Numbered from the stretch's first letter, positions 40,160 through 53,786 are shown. The stretch: 64,000 nucleotides of DNA from an uncultured Mycoplasmataceae bacterium (GCA_900544585.1 UQVX01000001.1:261717-325716), one strand, 5' to 3'. Numbers and translations are program-made. Notes: generated by a model not told the origin, from the letters alone.

Positions 40160-42175
40160 TTATTTTTCGTTTTTAACATATCTACAATTTGGATAACTAC
40201 TACAACCAATAAACATTTGTTGTTTTTTATTAAATCTTTTTATTAATTTGCCCCTACATTCTGGACATTCTTCTCCAGTGTAATTGTTAGAGTTATCAAA
40301 TTCTGCATATTTACACTTTGGAAATCCACTACAAGCAATAAATTTACTTCCAAACCTACTTTCTTTTACGACCAATGGCGAATTACATTTAGGACAATTA
40401 CGTCCAACATAATCAACATCATTTTTCTTTTTTTCAGCATTAGTTTTGAAAACAATTTTAATTTTATTTTCAAATTCTGGAGCAAATTTTTCTAAATATG
40501 AAATTCACTTTTCATCACCATTTGCAATTTTATCTAACTCTTGTTCCATATTAGCTGTAAACTTTGAATCTACCACTTCTGGAAAATCCTTCATTAATTC
40601 TTCAATAACCCTCATTCCCATTTCAGTAGGAATAAGTTTTTGGCCTTCTTTGGTCACATATCCACGAGTTTCAGAAATTTTTGCCATTGCAGCATACGTT
40701 GATGGCCGACCAACACCAGATTCTTTTAATGCAGCAATTAATGTAGCCTCAGTAAAATATGCTGGTGGTTGTTTATCAAACTCATTTAATTTAGCTTCGC
40801 CTTTGTATAGATTATTTTCTACTAAATTAGGTAATTTATCATTAAATGAGTTAACTGTCTTGTTATAAAAATTTAAAATTAAATAACCCTTAAATTTAAT
40901 TTCTTTGTGTGCGGCATAGAATTCATGATCTTGATTATCAAAAATCATACCTTTAGTTGAGTAAATTGGACTATTCATCAATACACACATTGTGCGAGAT
41001 CAAATCAAGTTATATAACTTATATGCTGATTCATCAATAAATGGTTTAACATCTTCTGGTGTCAATGAAACATCTACTGGTCTAATGGCCTCATGTGCGT
41101 CTTGAATATTTTCATCTTTTTTCTTGGTTTTTTTTGTACCTGGTTGGTAGTCAAAATTAACATATTCTTGACCATATCTTTGATTTAAGTAATTTTGTGC
41201 TTCATGAATGAAATCTTCATTAATTCTTTCACTATCAGTTCTAGGATAAGTTATTAAACCTAAATGTCTGCCATTAAGTTCAATACCTTCAAATAGTTTT
41301 TGGGCAACTAATGTTGTTTTACTAGCACTCCATCCTAATGATGTACCTGCAATTTGCAACATCTTATCAGTGGTCAAAGGAACATATTTATCACCTTTGG
41401 TCTCTTTATCAGGTAAATACTTAACAAACTTAAATTCATTAGTTAATTTTTTAATTACACTTTGTGCATCAGATAACTCAGCAAATTTAAAATTGTATTT
41501 ATTGGCACTAGAGTCATTATATGGTTTAAAGTTTTGATTGTTGGCAGTATAAGTTAAGACTAAGCCATTTTGTAATTCAGCACTAATTTCATACCATTTT
41601 GATGAGACAAAATTACGTCTTTCCAATTCTCTACTGACAATAAACATTAGTGCAACAGATTGAACGCGACCTGCAGATTTACCATATACTGTCCGACGCA
41701 CTAAATCAGATAGTTTATATCCTACTAATCGATCAATGATTCGACGGGTAAATTGGGAATAAACTAAATTCATGTCTAAGTCATGCTTATTTTCAATGGC
41801 AGATATAATAGCTTTTTTTGAAATTTCATTAAAGGTGATCCTTTGACATTTAGATTTGTCAATTTCTTTTAACAAATCATAAATATGCCACGAAATTGCT
41901 TCACCTTCACGGTCAGGGTCAGTTGCAAGATAAACAACATCTGCATCTTGGGCAGATTTAACAATTTGTTGAATAATTTTTGTTTTAGATGTCTTTGTAT
42001 TTACATCCTTAATAACTACTCAATTCGGTTGATAAGTAACCTTATCATAACCCACTTTGGGATCCATTTCTCTTAAGTGACCATAACTAGCAATAACATC
42101 ATAATTACTACCTAAATATGATTTAATTGTTTGAATTTTATTTGGTGATTCAACAATAATAAGATTTTTACTCAT
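40160..42175 (-). CDS. topA: DNA topoisomerase I
   Basis: IVESPNK, ATDPDREGEAI, SAGRVQS, ITYPRTDS, GRPSTY, C-terminal zinc ribbons. Confidence 0.98.
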
Positions 42176-42248
42176 ACAATATATACTGCTTTTATTTCTT
42201 TTATAAATAATAAGGTATTTTTTCAAAAACTCATAGATTTTTTGCTAT

Positions 42249-42938
42249 TTAAATGACATCTTGAATGTTTTGAATACAAAACATTTCAGTGTTTGTTAAA
42301 TTTAAATTGTCAATAGCTAATTTTTGGGATTCTTTATAATAAATTGGTTTTTTAACTTGTTGAAGATTAAACAATAAATTATTTGTTTCAATCTTATCTA
42401 CTTTACTTACATAAATTTTGTTTGACATTGCAAACATTAATCTTTGCACAGTTTGATCATCACAAGGATCATAATTTTGGGGATCATTATATTCACTAAT
42501 TAATAAAAGATTTTTATAATCATTGTAGTATTTAAAAGAACTAATTCCGCCCTCACAAACCACAATAACTTCGCGGTTTTTTTTCATTACTAAATCAAAA
42601 ATTTCTTTTTTTAATTCATGATTATCTAAACAAAGAACATATTTATTAGAATTTTGTTCTTCCAAAAGTTTTTCGAATTCATCAAAAGAGATATCACCGT
42701 TAATGGATAAAACATCTTTATTGATTAAATCTGCTCTTCCTTCATAATACATGAAAAATGGTGGAGCTAAAATTTCTTTTAGCTTATCAGGGTAATCATT
42801 TTCAGTAATAAAGAAAAATTTTTCTTTATTGCGATCAACTGTAAGAATTTCGATTCTTTCTCGACTGGTAATAGCATGGTAAATCTTGTTTCAATTCCCA
42901 TGATACTTTTTTGATAAATGTAAAATTGCTTCAATCAT
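42249..42938 (-). CDS. dprA: Degenerate DprA/Smf-like protein
   Basis: KYHGNWNKIY and DYPDKLKEILAPPFFMYYEG match the mollicute DprA N-terminus; sits before topA; core motifs eroded. Confidence 0.7.
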
Positions 42939-42987
42939 TTAGTTATTTCCTTTCTAAAAATAACTAATTGAGTGATGCTATTTTTTA

Positions 42988-43824
42988 CTAATCAAAATGT
43001 GTTTTGCAAATTTTGCATTGACTAAAATCATTGAAAACTTGTGTTTCAAATCGATTTATATCTAATTGATTATTACTTAAGTATCACTTATTTTTGTTAC
43101 AAACTTGTAATATAAAATCATGATAATCACTAACACTGGTTAAACCATAATATTTTAATAATTCTTGGTAGTGATTTTTTTGAAAGTGATTGAAGCCAAA
43201 CTCTAGTACTGGTTCAAGGGTAAGAATTTCTTTTCTTATACAATTTATTAATACTAATTTATAAGCAGTTGATATATCGCTAATATTTTTTACTAAAATA
43301 CCAGGTGTATCAATCAAGCTCAATGTGTTATTGATTGTAACAGTGGATTGATTTCTTGTTACACCAGGCATATTTTTAACTATTAAAGTATTTTTAGCTT
43401 TTAAAAAATTAATAAGACTGGACTTGCCAATGTTTGGTAACCCTAACACTAGAATACAAAATTTAGGATTTATTAATCCTTTTTTCTGATAGTGATCAAT
43501 TCTATTTTGCAACACTGAATTAATCTTATTGATAATTACATTGCGAAATTTATAATCTTTTATACTACCAACTATGATATCTTCAGGATATGATTTTAAG
43601 TCACAATAATCAGATTTTAAGCCAACTTTTAAAATGGGTTTGTTATTAATTACATTTAATAATTCTGAGTTATCTGAAGACACTAATGCCCGAGCATCTA
43701 GAACTTCAATAATTAAATCAGCATACTTGCTAGTTTTAACTATTTCATCAGTTCCCTTTTTCATGTGTCCAGGGAACCAATTAATATTTAAACCTTCTTT
43801 GGTTTGTTGTTGATTATTTTTCAT
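42988..43824 (-). CDS. rbgA: Ribosome biogenesis GTPase RbgA/YlqF
   Basis: INWFPGHMKK, EVLDAR, GLPNIGKSS, PGVT, DTPG. Confidence 0.95.
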
Positions 43825-45277
43825 AAGAAGATGTTGGTAATTCTCCATCAAATCCAAATGTTGAATAAATTGTAATTAAACCTTCAGTATCAATACTTCT
43901 TATTGTAGAAATTAGAGCTGGAATGTCAATATAGAAACAAATTGTTTCTAATGAATGATTAATATCTTGATTAGACAAGACATTATCACGGTCTTTTGTT
44001 AAAAGTAATTTATAATTTCAATCTGATGCAGTCAATGCAATGGCAATTTCACTGGCGTGTGTTGAATAAATTTGCACTTTAATAACTTTATTTCTTGGAA
44101 AATAGTAATTATAAATTACACCAGCTAAAATCGCACCAGCAATACTGGCCACTAAATTTGGTGAAAAAAACGCTTCTAAAATTGTTGTTTCATTCAGGAT
44201 TATATTCTCGTTATTGACTGCTTTTAAAATCCAACACACAAATGAACCTAATGTAACACCAATGAATAAACTCACAATATTAAAAATTGTTAGCATATTA
44301 CCAATCGATTTATTTCGTACTTTGGAGTAATAAAAACCAATAAAATCAGTTCCTCCCGTAGATGAACCTAAGATATATAAAGCACTAAACATAAAACCAC
44401 TAATTGCTGCATAAACAGTAGCATACACAAAAATCCCAAATACTAAACCTTCACCCATATTTCAAGGTAGCATTTGTACGCCTTCAATGAAGTTAGAGCT
44501 AACAACAATATTAGGATTCATATTTGTAAAGACAAAAATTCCTTGACCATTATTAATGAATCCTAACCCAAAACCAACTCCTTGGGAAACAGCAATATAT
44601 ATTGCAGATAAAATAGCAAATTGTTTCCCAATCTTAAAATAAGCAAAAATAACTAACGGAATATTAATTACAAAGTACAACCCTCAGAATAATGAGTTGT
44701 AAATCACGTTACTTAAATTAATATATGATTCACCAAGTTCTTCAATTTTAATTTTGGTAATCTTAGCAATTCCTTGAATAATACCAGAAATCCCTGCTGT
44801 ATAAACACCTGTGTATTGCACTAATAACCAAACAGAGACAGACACAATTGCACCTAGAACCAAGACAATTAGTAACTTCATTCAAAATTGATCAATTTTA
44901 TACAAAAAACCTAATCTAATTGTTTTAGCTGCATATTTAACATTTTGAATATCCAAGGATTTGTTATGCAAACTACTTTTAGATAAGTTTTCTAAATCAT
45001 TAATTTTAATTAGTTGTTTTTCAATAGCAATATTTAAAGTTTCAATTTTACTAACATCAGGATTTTCTGATGCTTGCTCCTCATCATATTGACGTTGAAA
45101 ATCATCTAATTGCTTTTTTAATTGCACAATATAGGCATTATATTCATTGTCAATATGCTCAAAAGCATGGTCAGTTGATTTCTTACCATGCTTATTACTA
45201 TTTAATTGCTTTTGATAAAGAGCAAATTTATTACTAATGTTAAACCGTTTTTGCGGATGCTCGGATACTCTAATCAC
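43814..45277 (-). CDS. YitT-family membrane protein with N-terminal coiled-coil extension
   Basis: YTAGISGI, INIPL, GSSTGGTDF; start codon (GTG) uncertain. Confidence 0.85.
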
Positions 45278-45328
45278 GGTTAATACTTTTCTTTCAAAAT
45301 AAAACTAAATATTAAATAATATCTTATC

Positions 45329-45700
45329 TTATTTCTTAATAATTTCTTTAATTCTTGCTGATTTTCCTGAACGTTGTCTCATGTAAGAAATGTATGCTCT
45401 TCTTACTTTACCATAACGTTTAATTTCAATTTTTTCTACTAATGGACTATTAATGTCGAATCCTAGTTCAACACCAACACCATTTGATTCTTTTCTCACA
45501 ATGCAAGTTTCGCTTGCACCACTACCTTTTCTTCTTAAGACAATACCTTCAAATTTTTGAATTCTAGTTTTTTTACCTTCAATAATTCTGTTATGAACAA
45601 CGATTGTGTCCCCAGAATCAAAATTAGGAATATCTTTTTTAATTTGTGTGCTTTGTACATCACTTAAAATTTGACCTTTATTGATTTTTGTTACAGACAT
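45329..45700 (-). CDS. rplS: 50S ribosomal protein L19
   Basis: RIQKFEG, NGVGVE, GKVRRA. Confidence 0.98.
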   Translation of the reverse strand: MSVTKINKGQILSDVQSTQIKKDIPNFDSGDTIVVHNRIIEGKKTRIQKFEGIVLRRKGSGASETCIVRKESNGVGVELGFDINSPLVEKIEIKRYGKVRRAYISYMRQRSGKSARIKEIIKK

Positions 45701-45701
45701 T

Positions 45702-46400
45702 TTAATTTTCTTCCTTTCTTAACTTAATATATTTAAGATACAAATCTTTGCGTTTTTGTTTTGTTAACTTTAATTGTTCTTTATAACGATAATCAGCAAT
45801 TAATTGGTGATTACCACTCAATAAAACATCTGGTACTAGATGCCCATCATAATCTTGTGGTTTAGTATAAACTGGATAATCTAGTAAATAATTTTCAAAT
45901 GATTCATTAACTAAACTATCAGTGGAGATCACATTGGGAATTAATCTAATTAAGCTATCAGCAATTACCATGCTAGGAATTTCTCCACCTGATACAACAA
46001 AATCACCAATACTAATTTCACCATCTATATAGTTATGGATACGATAATCAAAACCTTCATAGTGGCCACAAATCAAAATCAAATGATTAGTTTTAGATAG
46101 GATTTGTTTGGCAAGATTTTGATTATATGTAATCCCGCTTGGAGATAGTAAGTAAACTAAACAATTAGGAGTTCTAACTTCTTGTAAACAATCACAAATT
46201 GCTTGTAAACCAATAACCATTCCCGGACCACCACCAAACTGGTAATCATCAACTTTTTTATGTTTATCTTTAGATCAATCTCTAAAATTAATTATTTCTA
46301 TATCAACATAGTGTTTTTCTAGAGCATTCTTAATAATAGAATATTGTTTCAATCACTCAAAACTATTAGGAAACAAAGTTAAAAAACTAATTTTAAACAC
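45702..46400 (-). CDS. trmD: tRNA (guanine37-N1)-methyltransferase
   Basis: LTLFP, VDDYQFGGGPGMV, CGHYEGFD, SIGDFVVSGGE; GTG start. Confidence 0.97.
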
Positions 46401-46402
46401 AA

Positions 46403-46681
46403 CTATTTCTTACTTTTTTTATTTGCTTCTTTTTCTTTAACAAATGAAGACCAAATACCTTGCTTTACTAAAAATGATTTAACAGTATCAGTTGGTTGGG
46501 CACCTTCATTTAATCATTTTTTAATTTTGTCGTCTTTTAATAATAATGAACCATTTAGTGGTTCATATTGTCCTAATAATTCAATGTAAGCTCCATTAGC
46601 TTTTGCTTTTGAATCAACAGCGACAATTCGATAGTATGGGGTTTTATTACGACCCATACGTAATAATCTAATTTTTACCAT
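46403..46681 (-). CDS. rpsP: 30S ribosomal protein S16
   Basis: MVKIRLLRMGRNKTPYYRIVAVDS, GAQPTDTV. Confidence 0.97.
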
Positions 46682-46717
46682 GCATTACTCCTTGACAATA
46701 ATATAGAAAATTATAAC

Positions 46718-46760
46718 AAAAAATAATCCCTGTTAAGTAATTTTGCTTAACAGAGATTAT
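46718..46760 (-). terminator. Terminator of DUF885 gene
   Basis: ATAATCCCTGTTAAG...CTTAACAGAGATTAT inverted repeat; extended -10 TGTTATAAT for rpsP adjacent (46710-46718). Confidence 0.7.
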
Positions 46761-46773
46761 CATATACTTTTAA

Positions 46774-49647
46774 CTATTTATTTGCGTTTGCAGGTGGTGT
46801 CGTTGTTGGTGTTAAACCAAATTGTTTGGTTACAACATCGATCAGTACTTGTAAAGGAATTTCACCATTTCTAAGAATTAAATCAAACAAAGATTTAATA
46901 TCATTTTTCCCATCAATTACAAAATCATAATTTGCATTTGATTTATTGGCTTCTTGAACTTTAGTTTTTAATTTTGTATATAAATCATTAATGATTTGTT
47001 TGCCTAGCATATAGCCTGTCGCTTGGGATGGAATTGATAAATAACGAATTGATTCAGAACTAATATCACCTGCCCCTAGTCCAGAATTTTTCTTCATAAA
47101 ATCTCTTTCGTCTTGAATTGAGGCACCATCTTGACCTAAATTACCATCGGTAACAGTTAATCCTTTAAAGTGCACAGCAGTATCTAATGCCATTCTCATG
47201 TTTCTTAATTGTGATTCATTCAAAAAACCATAATAAGCTAACATATTGGCTAACTTAGTTGCTGCAACTGCAATTTGTGCGTAGGTTGTATATACCGGAT
47301 TGCCATTAGATGATGTAATACTGCTAACTAGTTGTCAATATGTGCCACCTTGATAATTTTTAATGAAAGCTATTTCCTCATCAGTTGGATTAGCTGGGTC
47401 TTTAATATTTAAAATTGTGCTAGTATTATGTGTTCAATCAGTTGGCACTATATTACCATCATATTTTGCACCTGAACCTCATGTACCATAAGTGCCTAAT
47501 TCAGCAGCAAATCATTCTGTGAAAACTGCTCAACCTTCATGATAAGCATCATTAACAAATGAATATCCTGGTGTTGCATCATCATTTAATACTTTGCCAT
47601 CACTTGTACCTGCCATATATTCTGTTCAATACTCTTGTTGTGTATGATGACCCATTGCCCCTTCATGAGTTGTTAATGAAGCAACACTTCATTTTTGTAA
47701 ACTATAGTATGGATCACAATTATATTGAAATTGCTTAGAACCTCTTGGCCCTTCCATACCAACACCAATGTCTTCACGAATATCAAAGTTATAAGGTGAT
47801 AAAACATAATCAGCAATGCTATTAAAATTAGCGCCATATGATTTAGAAGTACTGTCTTTAAATTGTGTGTAACTCAGCAAAGACAAAACTGCTCCTGCTA
47901 ATGCTTTGTCACCAGAGACAGTAACATCTGAACCATTAATGCTTAATTTATTGCTTCATTTTTCTTCATAACCTTGAGTTTTGATTATATTTTTATATTT
48001 TTCAATTTGAGGTGTACTTTGGATTCAATAATCACTAATGTCAGTGATTCTTTCCCGACCAAAAAAGAAATCTTCTTGGTTTAATCAAACATTAAATTTA
48101 GCAAAAGTGTCTGGCTTAGTTGATGGTGAATCTAGACTATCAACTTTTGGTGTTTCACTAGATTTTAATATGTCATTAATTGCTTTTTGTTGTGGTTTTG
48201 TTGTAAAAGGATCATCTGTATACCAAATTGTTGGATTAAAACTTGACTCATCAGTTACTTTATAAATATCTTTAATTACATTAGAAGCAATTTTTTTCAT
48301 CTTGGTTGTTCCAGATGACGTTAATGACATTCCTGTCTTATAAATTTCTTGGGCACTTGTGTTAACAGAATTATTGTTATATAACATTTGTTGGTAAATT
48401 TCATTACCTGAATATGCTTTACCACTTAATGATGTAACACCATCCTTTGGAGTCATATATCCAAGCCCAATCCCTTTAGTTTTTAAATCCTTAGTTGAAT
48501 AACCTAAACCATAGACTAAACTGTCATCTTTCAATGTCAATGTTTGTTCCACTTCTTTTGTTTCATCTACTGTTGGTGCCTCAGAATTTGGTGTGGGATT
48601 AGTTGTACCTAGGTTTTGTCTTGATAATTTTAAATCTGGAATATTAACAACTTTAGGTTTTTCTCCACTATTGGAATCAGTTGGGACCCCCCCATATGAA
48701 CCTGCCGCTTTTCAATAATCGCCACAATAAAAACTCATAAAATCATCTAATGACATTGACAAAGCATTTAATTTGGAATCAATTTCATTGTTAGTAAGAC
48801 CAATTTTCTTTGCTTGTTCATCATAGATTGCTTTAAATGTTTCTGTGAAATATTTGTTACTTGAACTTGTATTATTGCCAGTTGTAAATAATTCTGTAAC
48901 ATTAATTGAACTAGTTGTACTTGTTAATTTTGTATTAACAAGATCTTGATAAAAGAATTGAACTGTTTGTTTAATAAAACTCTTTTTAGTTAACTGTGAT
49001 GGCATAATTTGTAATTTCATACCATCAGTTAAAAAACCTTTAATTGAATTAATAAAAGCAATGGCATCATCAATTTTGGTATTAATATTTTTAATTAATG
49101 ATTCATTTGGTTTACTTGTATCAGGGTCTCCAGTTTCTTCATTCAAATCATAAATATTAATGGCGTCCTTAATATTATTGGCAATTGAATTAGCTCTTGA
49201 TGATAGCATTCTAGAACCGCTAATTGGATCAGCACCCAAGTAGATTAAACCAGCTTCAATATTTTTGATTTTAATATCTCATTGAGTAATGTATGAATCT
49301 AGCCAAATCTGCTCATCTATTCCTAAACTAGAACCATTTGATGTTTTAAACTTTTCCAATTCAGCTTTTGCTAGCTTTGCATTATCATAAAGTTTTTGCA
49401 CTGATGCTTGTGTTGTAACATCGCCACTTTTTACTTCTTGTGCTGAAGTGGAAGAATATTTAGGAAAGCTATAAGTCTTAGCTAATTGTTCGCTTTCATT
49501 TGATGAATATTGTTTATTAATTTTAACAATCTGATTAGTCTGGATTTCACTAGAACATGAACTTAACAATGTTGCTGTTGGAGCAATTACAAGTGCAGCA
49601 CCAAAGAAACATGAAGTAAGTAAAATTTTGTTTAATTTAAATTTCAT
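46774..49647 (-). CDS. DUF885-family lipoprotein (putative metallopeptidase)
   Basis: Lipobox LLSSC; THEGAMGHHTQ, YHEGWA, RMALDTAVH, RYLSIPSQATGYMLG; 957 aa in code 4. Confidence 0.88.
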
Positions 49648-49712
49648 AAATTACACCTAAAACTATAAATTTAATACATTTAAATTGTAACTCTATGAAA
49701 TGAATTAATTTA

Positions 49713-51062
49713 TTAACCCATCATACCTTTACCAAATGGATTCTTGCCCATTTGTAGTTGCTTGCCCATATCAGCCATTCTAGTTTTGCCTTCTTCTCAT
49801 TGTTTAAGAAGCTTATTTAGTTCATCCATTTTCACACCTGAACCTTTAACAACTCTTATTTTGCGATTAGGTTGTTTTTTAAAAAGTTTAGGGTTGCGGC
49901 GTTCTTTTTTTGTCATTGATGACAACAAAATTTTTCATTTGGTCATGTTTTCTTCAATTTTTTCTACTTTTTCATTACTCATACTTTTTGAAAAACTAGT
50001 TGGAAGCATTTTCATCACACCACTTAATGAACCAATTTTGGTTAATTGTTCCATTTGTCTCATTAAGTCTTCTAGATCCATTTTGCCTGATAGCATTCTT
50101 TGTAGTGCATGTTTGGCTTGATTTTCATCAACTATATCTGCAGCTTTTTCGGCCAGTGACATAACGTCACCTAGTCCTAAAATTCTGTCAGCCATTCTTT
50201 CAGGATAAAAAACATCTAATGAACCAATTTTTTCACCTGTCCCAATAAATTTAATTGGAACATCCAAAATAGACACTAAAGATAATGCAGCCCCTGCTCT
50301 TGCATCAGAATCTAATTTTGTGATAACCAAACCTGTTAGCTTTAGTTTCTTGTTAAATTCTTCAGCAACATTTGTAATGTCTTGTCCTGACATTGCATCA
50401 ACAACCAACAAAATTTCATCTGGACTAATAGTTTTCTTAACTGCAACTAATTCATCCATCAATTCTTCATTAGTTTGTAATCTACCAGCGGTATCAACAA
50501 TAATGACATCATTATTAATTTGGTCAGCTTTTTCAAGACCTAATTTAGTAATTTTAGCAGCATCTTTAATGTCATTTTTGTAAAAGTCTACTTTAACTTC
50601 TGTCGCTAACTGTTCTAATTGTTCAATTGCGGCTGGACGATAAATATCGCCTGCTATTAACAATGGATTTTTGTTAAATTTATTTTTAAAATAGTTAGCT
50701 AACTTTGCAGCACTAGTTGTTTTACCCGAACCTTGCAAACCAACCATCATGATTTTGAGTTGTTTTTTGTTTGTGTTTACATCTTGTTTTTTATTGCCTA
50801 AAATTTTAATTAATTCTTCTTTTATTACCCTTAAAATAAAATCGCTAATTTTTTCATTAGGTGATAACACTTGACCAACAACTTTTTGTTTGATATTGTT
50901 AATAAATTTTTTAACAACAAAAATATTGACATCAGAATCTAGTAAAACAACTCTAATCTCTCTCAATAATTCACTTACATCTTCTTCTTTAATAGTTGAA
51001 GAAGAGATTTTTTTTGCCATTCTTTTAGCAACAATATTTCCAATTAGTCCGTTAATACCCAT
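49713..51062 (-). CDS. ffh: Signal recognition particle protein
   Basis: GLQGSGKTT, DTAGRL, TKLD, M domain. Confidence 0.98.
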
Positions 51063-51135
51063 AACTTTATTTTTACTTTTCTATCTAAATATTAATAAAT
51101 GCTATACTGCACCAGTATAGCATTAAGTATTAAAA

Positions 51136-51209
51136 TGGCAGGGGTAGCAGGAATCGAACCCGCACACAAGGTTTTGGAGACCTTAGTTCTACCATTAAAC
51201 AATACCCCT
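51136..51209 (-). tRNA. tRNA-Trp(CCA)
   Basis: AGGGG acceptor, CTCCAAA loop, G73. Confidence 0.95.
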
Positions 51210-51213
51210 ATAA

Positions 51214-51288
51214 TGGCAGGGGTGACAGGACTCGAACCCATAACAGGCGGTTTTGAAGACCGCAGTTCTACCATTGAACTACACCCCT
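51214..51288 (-). tRNA. tRNA-Trp(TCA), reads UGA
   Basis: Trp-type body, CTTCAAA loop, short variable loop (not tRNA-Sec). Confidence 0.95.
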
Positions 51289-51334
51289 ACTCCACATTAA
51301 ATTATATTTAAGTTAATGTAAAATAACAACTTTT

Positions 51335-53008
51335 TTAAATCCGAATATCTTCCTGTGCATATTCTATTGCCTTATTTGTGTCTTTTGATCTAAATGCAAA
51401 GATTGTTGTTGAAACACCCAATTGCCCTACAATCATAATAATACATAGTAGGAATGGAACGACATATGTTGCAGCAGTCCCAGGTGCATTTAAAATTGAT
51501 GATAGTCCTGTAGATAAACCTACTGTTCCATATGCAGACGAAAATTCAAATAAAACATCAGTAATTGTCAAGTTTTGGGATTGTGGTGATTGAATAATTA
51601 GTGGATAAGAAATTAATGCTAAAGAAAAAACTAATACAACACTAGTTAAAATAATTACTGCTGATGTAATAACTGTAGAATTAGGAATAACCTTCTTAAA
51701 AATAGTTGTTTTGGATTGGCCCCGCATATATGATATTCCAGTCATAAAAATAATGGCCAATGTGGTTGTTCTAATACCTCCACCAGTGGAACTTGGTGCA
51801 CAACCAATAAACATTAAAATGTTAATAATTCAAATTGAACCATAAGATAATGTCGATTGACTGACTGTAGATATTCCAGCACTCCTTGCACTAAAAATAT
51901 TAAAAATAATGGTTGAGACTTCATTCCAAATGCGCAACTTAGGATCAGTCCCAAAATACACATTTTCTAAGTCACTATTATTTCTAATGGTTGAAATTAA
52001 TCCACCAGCAGATGGCAAACCATATTCAAACCCAACTACAAAGGCCAAGCCAACTAAAAAAACTAAAAAATAGGTAATTGTTGATACTTTGGTAAATAAA
52101 GAAAATTTAAATTTTTGTCTATAATGTCTATTCTTTATGTATTGAATTATGTCATAAATGACTGGGTACCCAATACCACCAATAATGATTTGAACAGATG
52201 ATATGTATAGCAAAATTGTCCATATTCCGTTTCTGAATGTTGAGTATGATGCTTGACTAATGATGTCAAAGCCAGCATTATTCATTGTTGAAATAGATTG
52301 AAATATGCCACTTCAAATAGAATATCCAGCATTATGATAAAAATGACTATAAATTGATGAGTCAACATACCAAGTGCTAGATACTAGGTTTGAGTTATTA
52401 ACTAGAGTTGTAAAATCTACTTGTTGGTAGGAAGGAATAAAATAAAACATTAAGCTATAGATAGCTGCAAAAACTAACTCAGATATAAGAATAAAAATCA
52501 AAGCAGATTTAATCGTTTTCATCGATAAACCCAATTTGGTATTGCCACGTTCAGATGCAATTAATAAACTATTACTAAAACTCATGTTTCTTGATTCATG
52601 AAGTGGTAGTTTTTTGATTTTTTTATAAATAATATTGTTGAATAGGGCATTTCAAAACATTCAATATAATGTAAACAACCCTAATCCACCGATTTGAATT
52701 AGAAATAAAATGACAAATTGACCAAAAACATTGTATGTTCCAACTACATTTAGTGTTGTTAATCCTGTGTCTGTGAAAGCTGAAACAGTAGTAAAAAAAG
52801 AATCAATAAAATCATATGCTTGCTTTGTACCATCATTCAACAAAGCGTAACCCGGATCTTGCAATGAAATAGGTAAAGACAAAAACAAAACACCTAATGC
52901 AATTGCATATAGGTAAAACATAAAAATTTTTCTAGCAATTGTTTTACCAATAAAAATATTGTAAAGATGCTTTTTATAATTAATTTTTTTAAATTTGTCT
53001 CAATCCAT
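51335..53008 (-). CDS. ktrB: Ktr/Trk potassium channel membrane subunit
   Basis: P-loops SAFTDTGL, MNNAGF, ARSAGI, SAYGTVGLS; SSTGGGIR. Confidence 0.93.
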
Positions 53009-53088
53009 AAAATAAAATTTTATAGTAAATGTAAATATTATATTGCAAATGCTTAACTTATAATAGTTATTGTTTAAAGGAATTGTTA

Positions 53089-53757
53089 ATGACTAAAAAA
53101 GATGTATGCATTATAGGTGTAGATGCTTTTACTCAAAAAGTAGCAGAAAACTTGAATAATGCTGGTGTAAAAGTTGTTTTAATTGATAATGATGGTGAAA
53201 AAATTGACAGTTTGTCAAGTGAATTCCCATATGTTTATAAGGCTGATGCTACTAACAAAGTAGCATTAAGTGATATTAATATTACTGACTTTGACCAAGT
53301 TATTGTTGGTGTTAGTACAATGGAGGATTCTATTCTTATTGTTTCCAACTTAAGAGATTTGAAAGTTAAAAATATTATTGCCAAGGTAAGAAATGAAGTT
53401 CAAAAAAGAGTTTTGTCAATTTTAACTGATGGTAATATCAAAATTATTTGACCTGAAGAAGTAATTGCAGAAATGACATCATTTAGACTACTACATGACA
53501 TTGATGTTAATTTGTCAATGTTAGACAAAGATGTTTCAATTATTAAGGTGCCTGTTTTGGATCCTAAATTATTTCAGGTAGAAATCAAAGACTTCGAATT
53601 AAAAAGTCAATATTTAACAAACATCATTATGATTGACAGAGGATATGAATTAATTTTCCCGGTCCGTTCTAATACAAAATTATTGAATGGTGATATAGTA
53701 ACAATTGCATGTAAGTCAAATACAATTGACAAGGTTGTAAATTTATTTACAAAATAA
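53089..53757 (+). CDS. ktrA: KtrA/TrkA RCK regulatory subunit
   Basis: RCK_N and RCK_C pattern (ADAT, IIAKV, IIWPEE), divergent from ktrB. Confidence 0.85.
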
Positions 53758-53786
53758 TATATAATAGTCTTTAATATTTTGCAATA

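Noticed and set aside
51214..51288. tRNA with TCA anticodon as tRNA-Sec or suppressor
   Set aside because: 75-nt Trp-type body, no long variable arm, tandem with tRNA-Trp(CCA)
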